Below, piece after piece: positions 48,952-57,839 of a stretch of 64,000 nt of DNA. Below the pieces are notes generated by a model. That model searched no databases. It was not told the origin of the DNA and was given only the letters and a program-made list of their open reading frames with translations. Every line of letters starts with the position of its first letter. Positions within the stretch are counted from its first letter, which is position 1. Position numbers and translations under genes: made by a program. The stretch comes from a virus (taxonomy: Duplodnaviria; Caudoviricetes): the IMG/VR virus record IMGVR_UViG_3300007280_000474, one strand, 5' to 3'.

Positions 48952-49302
48952 CTATTTATTAATTACTCCGCCCAAACATAACTTTGTTAGGACCAAATCG
49001 TCTATGTGACTAAAGGTTAGTATTACGTCTTTACCATTACTGCTATCCCAATGCCAACCCCAACGACCGTAACAGTTGTCTTCGATCCATGCTTTGTCAG
49101 AACCGCTTAGAGTTTCTGAGTTAGTACGCCATTCGTAATCAAACTGTACATTGTACTCACCTTGATATGGTTTTGCGAACATCTCAAGTTGTATTGGCAT
49201 TATGTGCTTAATCGCCATCAGAGAACTTGCCTCCGTCTCCCACAATGTTTTGTTCTGCCTTGATCTGTTTCTTTGTTTCCAGTGTAGGATAAACTCTTTC
49301 AA
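48952..49302 (-). CDS. Hypothetical protein (true start uncertain, possibly ~49200)
   Basis: ORF; the N-terminus overlaps the upstream gene. Confidence 0.45.
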   Translation of the reverse strand: MKEFILHWKQRNRSRQNKTLWETEASSLMAIKHIMPIQLEMFAKPYQGEYNVQFDYEWRTNSETLSGSDKAWIEDNCYGRWGWHWDSSNGKDVILTFSHIDDLVLTKLCLGGVINK

Positions 49303-49399
49303 ACAAACGTACTAGAAACTTAACATCAAATGTTGCTTCAGTAATACCTTCGTTATCGAGGTTTCTAACGTGGTTAACAAACTTACTTAGTTCATCCAT
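49208..49399 (-). CDS. Small hypothetical protein
   Basis: Tiles with neighbours; C-terminal DGGKF. Confidence 0.55.
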   Translation of the reverse strand: MDELSKFVNHVRNLDNEGITEATFDVKFLVRLFERVYPTLETKKQIKAEQNIVGDGGKFSDGD

Positions 49400-49898
49400 T
49401 ACGTTGCTTGTTCAGGATACGCATACGTTGTTTGCATTCCATCCTAGTCTTAAATGGTCCTTCATAACCATAATGAAGTAATGTTGATAACTTAGGACCA
49501 TGTCCTTGTTTCCAACCTTTTTCAAAGTTAATACAATACCAGCCAGCGGCATAGTATACATCACTGCCTTCTGTTTTAAGATACAATGGTATATCTTCCC
49601 TGTAATTAGTATCATCTGATTCTACAGGTATTGGGTTTGGGTAATCAATTAAGTGTCCTTTAATAAAGAACTCTGTGTTTTCTTGATTAGACTTATCAAT
49701 TTGTTCCTCAAAAATAGAGATGTTACCAAAATGGTTACCTACTGCATCTTCATTATCAAACACCTCTATAGTTTGTCCGCTAATGAATGTAAATCTATCC
49801 TGTACATTTTTGTTGAGCAAACCAATACGTTTGTCTCCACGTTGTACAATCCACGCCTCGTCACTTATAGGTTGAAGTTTTGCTTTAGTATCGATCAT
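49392..49898 (-). CDS. Hypothetical phage protein
   Basis: GAGG RBS; YYAAGWY...PKL..L..Y.YEGPF. Confidence 0.65.
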   Translation of the reverse strand: MIDTKAKLQPISDEAWIVQRGDKRIGLLNKNVQDRFTFISGQTIEVFDNEDAVGNHFGNISIFEEQIDKSNQENTEFFIKGHLIDYPNPIPVESDDTNYREDIPLYLKTEGSDVYYAAGWYCINFEKGWKQGHGPKLSTLLHYGYEGPFKTRMECKQRMRILNKQRNG

Positions 49899-49900
49899 CT

Positions 49901-50110
49901 TTACCTCTTTTCGATTAGTTTAATATATTCTTCATCTAGTGTATCATTATCTGCAACTGCTTTACCATTGACATAAATTAACTGTCTAGGTCTAAACGTG
50001 CCCAGTCTACGATACACTGATTGGCCTTTGTCTGGTGACTCGTATATCCAAGTACCTTTCTTAGGCCATATGCCTCGAAGTATTTTCTCAGCCTTGTCGA
50101 GGGGGTGCAT
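49901..50110 (-). CDS. Small hypothetical protein
   Basis: IYESPDKGQSVYRR motif; GGAG RBS. Confidence 0.55.
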   Translation of the reverse strand: MHPLDKAEKILRGIWPKKGTWIYESPDKGQSVYRRLGTFRPRQLIYVNGKAVADNDTLDEEYIKLIEKR

Positions 50111-51083
50111 TTAAGAACTCCGAGTAGTCTTGAGGTGTTTCACTCATACGCATCAAGTTCCATTTAGCACAGAACTTCATGAAGTGAATACCAACTTGAC
50201 TCACTTGTTCTTTATCCACCGCCTCTGTGATTACACGTCTGCTCTCTTCTTTAATCTCATCAGGTTGCTGAGTAAGATCAATAAGGATTCTATTACGTTC
50301 GTAATCATCTTTAACTCTATGCTCTTCTTCGTTATGGTCTACCCAACGTTGTAGCATAAAGTTGTTATAGTTAAATCCGCCTGTGTTTCTGTCTTCAAAT
50401 GCTTCCAGCATGCCTGTTTTATTCTTACTGCCTTTCTTTCTAGCACCTGGATATGCACTGAATACATTATCACTAGTATCACCCCTAATACACTTTTCAA
50501 ACAATAACCACTCTGGGTTTGGTGCTTCTACAGGCTCTTTAGTCTTTTTATTAATAATTGGGTCGCCTGTCTTACCGCTAGTGATACCATCAATAGCAAC
50601 AATCTTATCTTGTACGCCATCGTACTGCTTAACGTTCTCAGCAATCAATTGATAGAAGTCACTGTCACTGCTGACAATAACGTGTTGATCTTCTGGATGT
50701 TGTTGTATCCAAGTAGCAATAAGGTCGTCTGCTTCTGCATTACCTTGTCTAACAACACTTGCATTAGTCTTACTACTTAAGAAGTCAATCATATCGTTGT
50801 ATGCTTCAAAGAACAGTTCATCATCTTCTTGTTCTTTTACACTACGTTGATCAGCAATCACTTTACGATTTGCTTTGTATGGGGGATAAAAATCTTTACG
50901 CCAAGAACGGCCTTCTAGACAGAATACAACATGAGTGCCGTCAAAGTCTCTCCATGCTTTCTTAACACTGTTAAACATGATGTGCATTGCCATGCCGATC
51001 TTCATGTCCATGTCGTTACCACGTGCTACATGCTTTGCACGGAAAAACATATTCATACTGTCTACTAGAATAAATGTTTGCAT
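50088..51083 (-). CDS. rnh: T4-like RNase H / 5'-3' exonuclease (start moved to ATG 51083)
   Basis: LVDSMN, WRKDFYPPYKANR, EADDLI, SSDSDF, GDTSDNV. Confidence 0.85.
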   Translation of the reverse strand: MQTFILVDSMNMFFRAKHVARGNDMDMKIGMAMHIMFNSVKKAWRDFDGTHVVFCLEGRSWRKDFYPPYKANRKVIADQRSVKEQEDDELFFEAYNDMIDFLSSKTNASVVRQGNAEADDLIATWIQQHPEDQHVIVSSDSDFYQLIAENVKQYDGVQDKIVAIDGITSGKTGDPIINKKTKEPVEAPNPEWLLFEKCIRGDTSDNVFSAYPGARKKGSKNKTGMLEAFEDRNTGGFNYNNFMLQRWVDHNEEEHRVKDDYERNRILIDLTQQPDEIKEESRRVITEAVDKEQVSQVGIHFMKFCAKWNLMRMSETPQDYSEFLNAPPRQG

Positions 51084-51115
51084 ATCTGTGTCCGTTTTAT
51101 GTATATTAGTGTGTG

Positions 51116-51144
51116 ATTTTAGCATATCTATTTAACTGTGTCAA
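51116..51144 (-). promoter_or_regulatory. Sigma70-type promoter (RNase H gene)
   Basis: TTGACA-N17-TAAAAT. Confidence 0.7.
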
Positions 51145-51184
51145 TGTTCTTGTAAAATTAAAATACCTTATAATATGCGGTAAA

Positions 51185-51409
51185 TTAATCAAATAGGTCA
51201 TCAAATGGTGACTCTTTTAAATTGTCTGTTCTACGTTTTTCAAAGTCTCTACTCAAGTCGTATGTTAGGTGCTTTGAAAAGTTTTCAAGAATGAAGTTGA
51301 TTTCGTCTGGCTTAAAGTTATCTAGCTCTTTGGTGATAACACCATCAAGCATCCTTACCAGTCTCGCCAGTTTCTCCTTCGCCCTTGTCTCTGGTGTCTG
51401 TTTCGACAT
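51185..51409 (-). CDS. Small hypothetical protein
   Basis: ORF in operon context. Confidence 0.5.
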   Translation of the reverse strand: MSKQTPETRAKEKLARLVRMLDGVITKELDNFKPDEINFILENFSKHLTYDLSRDFEKRRTDNLKESPFDDLFD

Positions 51410-51884
51410 CTAAACTCATCTCCTGTTGTTCTTGTAACCCATAGTCTAAGTCAGCACGTTCCTGTAATAGTACAGTTTTACATACATCATTGAACCATTT
51501 GTTTACTACATCTTCATCGCTTTGTCCTGTGTAACCATTGTTGTGCAACATCTTAACAAAGTGATCATTCCAATCTAGTTCGATGTATCCTGCTTTTGCA
51601 TTCTCAGGATCTACACCTAGTTCAAGTACATTTACCCAAGGTTCTTCTTTTATTTCAGCAACCTTCTTTTCAAACTCAACCTTGCCAATTCTTTCATGCT
51701 TAAAGTCAACTTCAAGTTGTGCTACTTCTTTATCAACTTCAGTTTCTGCTTCAATCATAGCAAGTGCTTTTTCTAAATCTTCACCTTCGTAGTAGTATTC
51801 TGCTTCTGCTATTGCACGACTTTTACCTTTAAGTCCCCAACTAGCAGGCATCATACTAAAAGGCATCTTAGTTTTTTTCTTCAT
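51345..51884 (-). CDS. Hypothetical phage protein
   Basis: EPWVNVL...GYIELDWN..FV..L...GY.G; AGGAG RBS. Confidence 0.65.
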   Translation of the reverse strand: MKKKTKMPFSMMPASWGLKGKSRAIAEAEYYYEGEDLEKALAMIEAETEVDKEVAQLEVDFKHERIGKVEFEKKVAEIKEEPWVNVLELGVDPENAKAGYIELDWNDHFVKMLHNNGYTGQSDEDVVNKWFNDVCKTVLLQERADLDYGLQEQQEMSLDVETDTRDKGEGETGETGKDA

Positions 51885-51893
51885 AACATTCTC

Positions 51894-52781
51894 CTATTTG
51901 CCAATTGCATTACCATATATGTGTGCATGCACTCGGCTAGTATAATAATACCCACGTTGTATTGCTTCGTCGGCAATCATCGCTTCAGTCATCTTAAGAC
52001 CTTCTACTGTGCCTCCAACGCCCATAATCCAGACAGGCCAATCAACACCAACATTACGAAACGCTTCTGTGTGTTGTTCAACTTCATCCCAACTCTCCTC
52101 ACTTCCATTTACAACAAATTTAAGTTGTCCTTTATTAGATACTTCTGCATACTTGCCTACAACTTCAGGCTTAATTGCTTTCTTAGGTTGTTCACCTGCT
52201 GTACTCCATAACTTAGGCGACACACTCCAATACCATTCTCTGCCTACCCAACGTGAGTAATTTATTTGTACCCACTCGCTGAATTCATCTGTAATAGGCT
52301 TTGTGCCATTTGTTTCTACAGTGACTCGCATTGGCATGTTACCTCTGCTTTTAAATTCATCGATAACTGCACTCATACCTGGTTGTGTTTTCTTAAGCAT
52401 TGGCTCGCCGCCAGTAAACACCATATCGATATTCTGGCCTGTTTTATCATGTACAAAAGTACCTGTGGGCAAAAGTGCTGTAAGTTCATCTACAGCCTCT
52501 TCGACAGTTCGATCTGTGATCAAGTGCTTGTATTTCTTTGCCCATGTATAACTACTATCACAGCCTTTGCTGAACACAGGCAACTCTTCTACTACTTTAA
52601 TTCTAGAGATATCAATCTCTTCATAAGGTAGTTCCCAACTGTCTGGGTTTGTAGGATCGTCTTGCCCGAATCCATTACACTGTAAATTACACAAGAAGAA
52701 ACGCATCCACAGACTAGGAATACCTACGTAGGCTCCTTCTCCTTGCGGACTGTAGAATGTTTCACTGTATTGTAAATTCAT
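51894..52781 (-). CDS. queE: 7-carboxy-7-deazaguanine synthase (QueE-like radical SAM)
   Basis: ETFYSPQGEG..G.PS...R..CNLQC...GCDS, TGGEP, ETNGT, SVSPKL, RVH. Confidence 0.85.
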   Translation of the reverse strand: MNLQYSETFYSPQGEGAYVGIPSLWMRFFLCNLQCNGFGQDDPTNPDSWELPYEEIDISRIKVVEELPVFSKGCDSSYTWAKKYKHLITDRTVEEAVDELTALLPTGTFVHDKTGQNIDMVFTGGEPMLKKTQPGMSAVIDEFKSRGNMPMRVTVETNGTKPITDEFSEWVQINYSRWVGREWYWSVSPKLWSTAGEQPKKAIKPEVVGKYAEVSNKGQLKFVVNGSEESWDEVEQHTEAFRNVGVDWPVWIMGVGGTVEGLKMTEAMIADEAIQRGYYYTSRVHAHIYGNAIGK

Positions 52782-52802
52782 AATTATACACCAATTTGCA
52801 TT

Positions 52803-52831
52803 ATTATACGCTCTTTAATAGTTAAAGTCAA
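52803..52831 (-). promoter_or_regulatory. Sigma70-type promoter (queE)
   Basis: TTGACT-N17-TATAAT. Confidence 0.85.
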
Positions 52832-53091
52832 GTCCATTTTCCAGTAAGTTTCATGTGTGCGATGTCTTCCCATGTTGCCCATTCAACTCTACGAGAACTA
52901 TCTACCGGCAGTTGAGGTAGTTCTATTCTCATCTTTACAGTTCTAGTATAAGCATAACGCAACCAAATACGTTGTTTGGTTACACTAGTCTTTGGCCACA
53001 GTACAAACTTTCTCTTCCATTCACTTACTTCTAAGTTATCTGGCGAATGTAAAAAGTCTGCAACACTATTACCTTCTCCTGGTATTGGCAC
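52828..53091 (-). CDS. Hypothetical protein
   Basis: ORF in operon; Trp-rich. Confidence 0.5.
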   Translation of the reverse strand: MPIPGEGNSVADFLHSPDNLEVSEWKRKFVLWPKTSVTKQRIWLRYAYTRTVKMRIELPQLPVDSSRRVEWATWEDIAHMKLTGKWT

Positions 53092-53502
53092 TTATAGTTT
53101 ACCTTCTGCTCTTAACTGCTCTCTAATTTTTGTAGCACTAATGCTGTGGATATCCTCACCGAGATCGTGTTCAGTAAAAGTATAACCCACGCCACGCCCA
53201 TAACTAATATCAACGATATTAGGCACAAGCATAATAATAAAATCTTCACCTTCTACAAAACCCTCTTTTGATAATGCTTCGCTGATGTTTGCAAAAACTG
53301 TGTCGACATCAAATGGATTATCATTCTGCGCCGCAGTTCTGCCACCGCCTGCATCTTCGCCTACAATGCCGCCTACGTTGCGTACTTGTATTGCTACTTG
53401 CCCTGTTTCCAGCAATGCTTTTTTAAACAGTGCTGTGTGTCCGTCATGCCAGGGTTGCCATCTACCTAGCATTTGAGTTGTTGGCTTAGTCCAATCAAAC
53501 AT
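53092..53502 (-). CDS. Cytidylyltransferase-like (HxGH nucleotidyltransferase)
   Basis: GRWQPWHDGH, ISATKIR. Confidence 0.8.
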   Translation of the reverse strand: MFDWTKPTTQMLGRWQPWHDGHTALFKKALLETGQVAIQVRNVGGIVGEDAGGGRTAAQNDNPFDVDTVFANISEALSKEGFVEGEDFIIMLVPNIVDISYGRGVGYTFTEHDLGEDIHSISATKIREQLRAEGKL

Positions 53503-53512
53503 ATCTTACTCC

Positions 53513-54229
53513 TTAATCAACAAAGGCACGCTCTAACATAAAGTCGCCTGCCTCGCCTGTGTTACCCTCAATCCACCCGGATTCAGAGAATTGCTCTCTA
53601 CATTGTCTGTTTAGGTCTGGAGAGCCACAAACCATAACTGAATCTCGCCCTAGTGTTAACCCACCTGGGAGAAACTCCTCTATATGATCCCAGAACCTTC
53701 CCTTCCTGGGATAGTCTTCTCGGGTCACACTTTCAATATACCTAAAAGGTAAATCAGTCTCTAGTAATGCAAGTTCGGGCCTATATGATAACTCAGCCTT
53801 CTCTCTTACCGTGTGGAACAAATAAACATTCTTGTACTGCTCATATGTTAGATAGTCTCTAGCAATACTCATAAATGGTGCAATGCCTGTTCCTGTGCTT
53901 AACATTACCAAGTTCTCAGTTGGTTTCAAATAATCAATAACCAAACTACCTGTACACTTTGGCTTCATTAATACTTCATCGCCTGGTTGTATGTGCTGTA
54001 GCCTACTTGTTAAAGGACCGTCGGGTACTTTAATACTTAAAAACTCTAAGTGGTCATCGTAATTTGTGCTGACTACACTGTATGCTCTATAGATAGGACG
54101 TGGGTCAGCATCTAATCCTATCATTGCAAACTCGCCGTTTTTAAATCTAAAACTACGATCTCTTGTTGTTTTAAAACTAAAAAGTCTATCGCTATAATGT
54201 TGTACCTCTAGTACTTTTTCTTTTAACAT
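53513..54229 (-). CDS. fpr: Ferredoxin/flavodoxin-NADP+ reductase
   Basis: RAYSV, VPDGPLTSRL, TGTGIAPF, CGS, ERAFVD. Confidence 0.9.
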   Translation of the reverse strand: MLKEKVLEVQHYSDRLFSFKTTRDRSFRFKNGEFAMIGLDADPRPIYRAYSVVSTNYDDHLEFLSIKVPDGPLTSRLQHIQPGDEVLMKPKCTGSLVIDYLKPTENLVMLSTGTGIAPFMSIARDYLTYEQYKNVYLFHTVREKAELSYRPELALLETDLPFRYIESVTREDYPRKGRFWDHIEEFLPGGLTLGRDSVMVCGSPDLNRQCREQFSESGWIEGNTGEAGDFMLERAFVD

Positions 54230-54236
54230 AATACCT

Positions 54237-54599
54237 CTATGTTGTCGATAAAATTACAATTACCACATAAGTTAAAAAGTGTGCTAATTGATCTACTCCG
54301 TGTGTTACCCAGTATAATTGATCTGCTGGTCCTAGTTTCTTACTCTTCCAAAAATTGCTTTTAATATAGTCTACGTGGTAATGTACAACTGTGTCTAGTA
54401 TTCCTAAAAGTGCCGCCCAAAGAACAGGTATACCACACGACGCTAACACGACCCATGTAAAAAGTCCATGCAGTTCGCTATGTGCCATTCCTTTCCAGTG
54501 TCCATAGGTGCCTTTGTGTTTAATCATCCAACTGTATTGCATAAAGTAATCAGCGAATACATGCTTGATCATTAGTAAAGTGATAATTGTCAGTTCCAT
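54237..54599 (-). CDS. DUF3307-like membrane protein
   Basis: KH..ADY..Q, HS..H, HYHVD..K, DQLAH. Confidence 0.7.
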   Translation of the reverse strand: MELTIITLLMIKHVFADYFMQYSWMIKHKGTYGHWKGMAHSELHGLFTWVVLASCGIPVLWAALLGILDTVVHYHVDYIKSNFWKSKKLGPADQLYWVTHGVDQLAHFLTYVVIVILSTT

Positions 54600-54600
54600 A

Positions 54601-54924
54601 TCAATCACCCTCTTTGACAAATACTCCGTCAACCATTCGACCCTTTCGGTCCTTTATATCATTATAAGCCACTTCCAAACAATCTGTAAGGCTTATGTTG
54701 TTTCTCTCTGCAATGTTAATCAACACAACCAACATGTCACCAATATCATCTTTGATGTCTTTGCCTTTGCAAATATTATCGCTCAGTTCACCCATCTCTT
54801 GAATTAGTTTTGCTAGTTGGTCTTTGTCTGTAGCACCTTCGATTAAGTTCCTTGCATGATGCCAGTGCTTAACATGCTCAATGGTAGCAATCAGTCTTGT
54901 GCTTTCTAAGTTTTCAACTGTCAT
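54601..54924 (-). CDS. MazG-like nucleotide pyrophosphohydrolase
   Basis: QLAKLIQEMGEL...DDIGDMLVVL...AYNDIKDRKG. Confidence 0.8.
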   Translation of the reverse strand: MTVENLESTRLIATIEHVKHWHHARNLIEGATDKDQLAKLIQEMGELSDNICKGKDIKDDIGDMLVVLINIAERNNISLTDCLEVAYNDIKDRKGRMVDGVFVKEGD

Positions 54925-55427
54925 TCTACATCTCCATTTAAACTTGCTAGAATGTGATGTGGGTCAAGGTCTCCCACTTCTGCAAGAAGTGCTTCGTAAA
55001 CAGCAACATGTAAGTCACTGCTTTCGAAATACTTTGCTCCTTGTGCTAAATCTTTATAGATATCTCTGATGACGTTGGTGAGTCCTACGTTGTACACTTC
55101 ATCAAAGTTAAGTGCTTCTGGTTTTAATGTATGACCGTAACTTATTAGTCCAAAGAAAACTACATCGTTTACACTAATAGTTTCTATGTCTAAGTTAATA
55201 TCATCGCCAGTGTTTAGTAATGTAATACCTTCCTTGTATGAACTTTGTTTTGCATTATCTGCAATGCAGTCAATACATTCAAATACTTCATCAACGGAAA
55301 CAGGAAAACGATTGCAAATCCAATCTAAACCTTTTCTATCAATTACTGCGTCTGTGATATCCTCTACTGGAACAGCACTGCTAGATACAACCAGGATATT
55401 ATTGTGACCTCGTGTTTCAATACTCAT
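54921..55427 (-). CDS. Hypothetical protein (weak DUF433-like N-terminus)
   Basis: ORF in operon; VPVEDI...FPVSVDEVFECI. Confidence 0.5.
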   Translation of the reverse strand: MSIETRGHNNILVVSSSAVPVEDITDAVIDRKGLDWICNRFPVSVDEVFECIDCIADNAKQSSYKEGITLLNTGDDINLDIETISVNDVVFFGLISYGHTLKPEALNFDEVYNVGLTNVIRDIYKDLAQGAKYFESSDLHVAVYEALLAEVGDLDPHHILASLNGDVE

Positions 55428-55437
55428 TGATCCCCCG

Positions 55438-56115
55438 TTACTTAGACGAATTCACAATGTTCATAAACTCATTACGAACTGCTGGATCATGCTTAAAGCA
55501 TCCACCTAGTTTGCTAGTAATGGTTGATGAACCGGTATCTTCAACTCCCCTACTCTTAACACAATAATGTTGAGCATCAACAATAACGCCAATGTTCTCA
55601 GTGTCGAGTATATATGACAACGCATGGTAAACTTGTTCAGTTAACCTTTCTTGTATTTGAGGTCTTTTAGCAAAGTACTCAACTACTCTGTTAAGTTTAC
55701 TAAGACCTAATACTTTTTCATTTGGAATATATGCCACTGTAGCAACACCATCAATAACAACAAAGTGATGTTCGCAGTTACTTTGAACGTTGATGTTACG
55801 CTCAATAACCATCTCATCATACTTCATCTTATTGTCTACTGCTGTACACTTTGGAAATGCTTCATAGTCGAGACCCCAAAAGATTTCGTTTACATACATT
55901 TTTGCAACTCTTTTAGGTGTGTCTACTAAACTATCATCAGTAAGATCAAGTTCAAGCAGTTTCATAATTTCTACAAAATGCTTTTCGATTGAATCAATTT
56001 TATCTGTACGTGATAGACCATTGCTTACTACTGGAGTTTCTACTCCAACAGATACTAGGTGTTCGTGGACTCTGCGACCCAGATCAGGGTCAGTTTTAGT
56101 TTTATTATAAGCCAT
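55438..56115 (-). CDS. folE: GTP cyclohydrolase I
   Basis: DTPKRVAKM, SNCEHH, GLSKLNR, RPQIQERLT, HYCVKSRG. Confidence 0.95.
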   Translation of the reverse strand: MAYNKTKTDPDLGRRVHEHLVSVGVETPVVSNGLSRTDKIDSIEKHFVEIMKLLELDLTDDSLVDTPKRVAKMYVNEIFWGLDYEAFPKCTAVDNKMKYDEMVIERNINVQSNCEHHFVVIDGVATVAYIPNEKVLGLSKLNRVVEYFAKRPQIQERLTEQVYHALSYILDTENIGVIVDAQHYCVKSRGVEDTGSSTITSKLGGCFKHDPAVRNEFMNIVNSSK

Positions 56116-56180
56116 TTGCTTTCTCCTTCCTAACGCGGATTAATAAGTTAAATTGTTTTGCTACCTTTGTGTAGCAATTA

Positions 56181-56188
56181 TATTTATC
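56181..56188 (-). promoter_or_regulatory. Late promoter GATAAATA upstream of folE
   Basis: TATTTATC on + strand. Confidence 0.5.
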
Positions 56189-56402
56189 AAGAATCAAGTT
56201 TAATTATACCGTTTTCCCAATTTTCAGCAACGTCTTCAGCATAGTGAATACTTTTGCCTGGGACCTCCCTGCTTTCTCTCAATGTGTCATCTTCGAAGAG
56301 ATCAATCACATAAGTTGTGTCTGGACCTCTACTGCCATTGCCACCGTATGGCTCTTTACGAATTACTGCTGAACGACTCATTCCCTCACTCCTTGTTGTC
56401 AA
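56187..56402 (-). CDS. Small hypothetical protein
   Basis: KSIHYAEDVAENW motif; ORF in operon. Confidence 0.55.
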   Translation of the reverse strand: MTTRSEGMSRSAVIRKEPYGGNGSRGPDTTYVIDLFEDDTLRESREVPGKSIHYAEDVAENWENGIIKLDS

Positions 56403-56892
56403 AGTTCCACCATTGCTCGTATGGGAATACTACCCACGGATTGTTATCTGGTGTTAGTTCCCTTGCATAAAAGTCTACGTTTTGATAATTGCTTTGTGAC
56501 TTGCTTAACAGTGTAGCCACTTTAAGATTTACATCATTGCCAACTTCTAATGCGTGATCGTATATGACATCTTCAATTGCTTGAAGTGTAGTGCCAGTAT
56601 CGTTTATGTCATCAACTAACAACACCTTTCTATCAATATACTTCTCTAGTATGTGTTCGAGTGTTTTAATGTCCTCAAACTCTCCATCACGGGTCTGCCA
56701 ATTGAAACCTCTAAATGGAACATCAAAGTAATGGCTAAACATTACTCCAATTAGATAACCGCCTCTACCAGGACCAATTACTACGTCTGGTTTGTAAGCA
56801 TCGACAGACATGTCCCTTACTATACTTTGGCAGTCATTAACTAAGTTCTCATAGGAATAGAACAGTTTTTTCACTTCTGCTTTTTCTCCCAT
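56386..56892 (-). CDS. Type I phosphoribosyltransferase (xanthine/guanine PRT-like)
   Basis: GPGRGG, VLLVDDINDTGTT PRPP loop, WVVFPYE. Confidence 0.85.
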   Translation of the reverse strand: MGEKAEVKKLFYSYENLVNDCQSIVRDMSVDAYKPDVVIGPGRGGYLIGVMFSHYFDVPFRGFNWQTRDGEFEDIKTLEHILEKYIDRKVLLVDDINDTGTTLQAIEDVIYDHALEVGNDVNLKVATLLSKSQSNYQNVDFYARELTPDNNPWVVFPYEQWWNFDNKE

Positions 56893-57839
56893 TCAAATGA
56901 GTGTTCGATTATTTCATCTAGTCCAAATACTGGAGTCCAACCTAGCTCTTCTCTTGCCTGTGTAATGTCAGCATAAGTCTTAGGTGGATCACCTGCTCTG
57001 CGATCTACGATACTGTATTTTGGGGTAATACCAGTAACACGCTCAAAGGCTTCGATGACCTGAAGCACACTGTTAGGAGTCGACTGTCCTAAGTTAAATG
57101 TGTTACTGGTATTTTTATCTTCGAGGTAATTAAGAGCGGCTAGATGTGCAACTGCTATGTCGTAGACATGCGTATAATCTCTTTCGCATGTTCCGTCTGT
57201 GGTATCATAGTCATTGCCGAAGACTTGAATCTCTTCATCATTAAGCACGGCTCTGCATATAATTGGCACCAAGTGACTAGCAGGCTTTTGAGTGTAGCCA
57301 TGTTCTAGTTCAGGGTCGGCACCTGCGGCATTAAAATATCGAAGATTAACAAATTTCAATCCGTATGCTCGGTCGTAGTCTGGTAGCATATCTTCTACCA
57401 TCTTTTTAGTAAGACCATATGCACTAACTGGTGCAGTTGGTGTGTCCTCAGTAGTTGGGAAGTTTTGTATATCCCCATACACACTGCTTGAACTACTAAA
57501 AATAAAATGTTTAACACCTGCTTCTACAGCACTGTTCAACAGTGAAATAGTATTACCTACGTTGTTCTCATAGAACACACCAGGCTCTGTTACACTTCTT
57601 CCAACCTCATGATCGGCTGCAAAGTGCATAATAGCATCTGGTTGTGTAAGTTTGATCACACCTTTCATTTGATGGTTGTCTAAATCAAATGGATACTGTG
57701 ATACTCCAGGTATTTCTTTTTTAACTCTATCAATATTAATAACATTATGACCTGCGTCTACAAGTAAGCGACATACCATGCCACCAATGTATCCACTGCC
57801 TCCTGTAACTAATACTGTCTTTGCTTCTTGATTATTCAT
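56871..57839 (-). CDS. galE: UDP-glucose 4-epimerase
   Basis: TGGSGYIG, HFAA, SSSSSVYG, YGLTK, LRYFNAAGA, DGTCERDYTHV, RRAGD. Confidence 0.9.
   Translation of the reverse strand: MNNQEAKTVLVTGGSGYIGGMVCRLLVDAGHNVINIDRVKKEIPGVSQYPFDLDNHQMKGVIKLTQPDAIMHFAADHEVGRSVTEPGVFYENNVGNTISLLNSAVEAGVKHFIFSSSSSVYGDIQNFPTTEDTPTAPVSAYGLTKKMVEDMLPDYDRAYGLKFVNLRYFNAAGADPELEHGYTQKPASHLVPIICRAVLNDEEIQVFGNDYDTTDGTCERDYTHVYDIAVAHLAALNYLEDKNTSNTFNLGQSTPNSVLQVIEAFERVTGITPKYSIVDRRAGDPPKTYADITQAREELGWTPVFGLDEIIEHSFEWEKKQK

Noticed and set aside
56116-56180. preQ1 riboswitch upstream of folE
   Set aside because: Loop and 3' tail do not match the preQ1-I consensus; kept only as a generic hairpin
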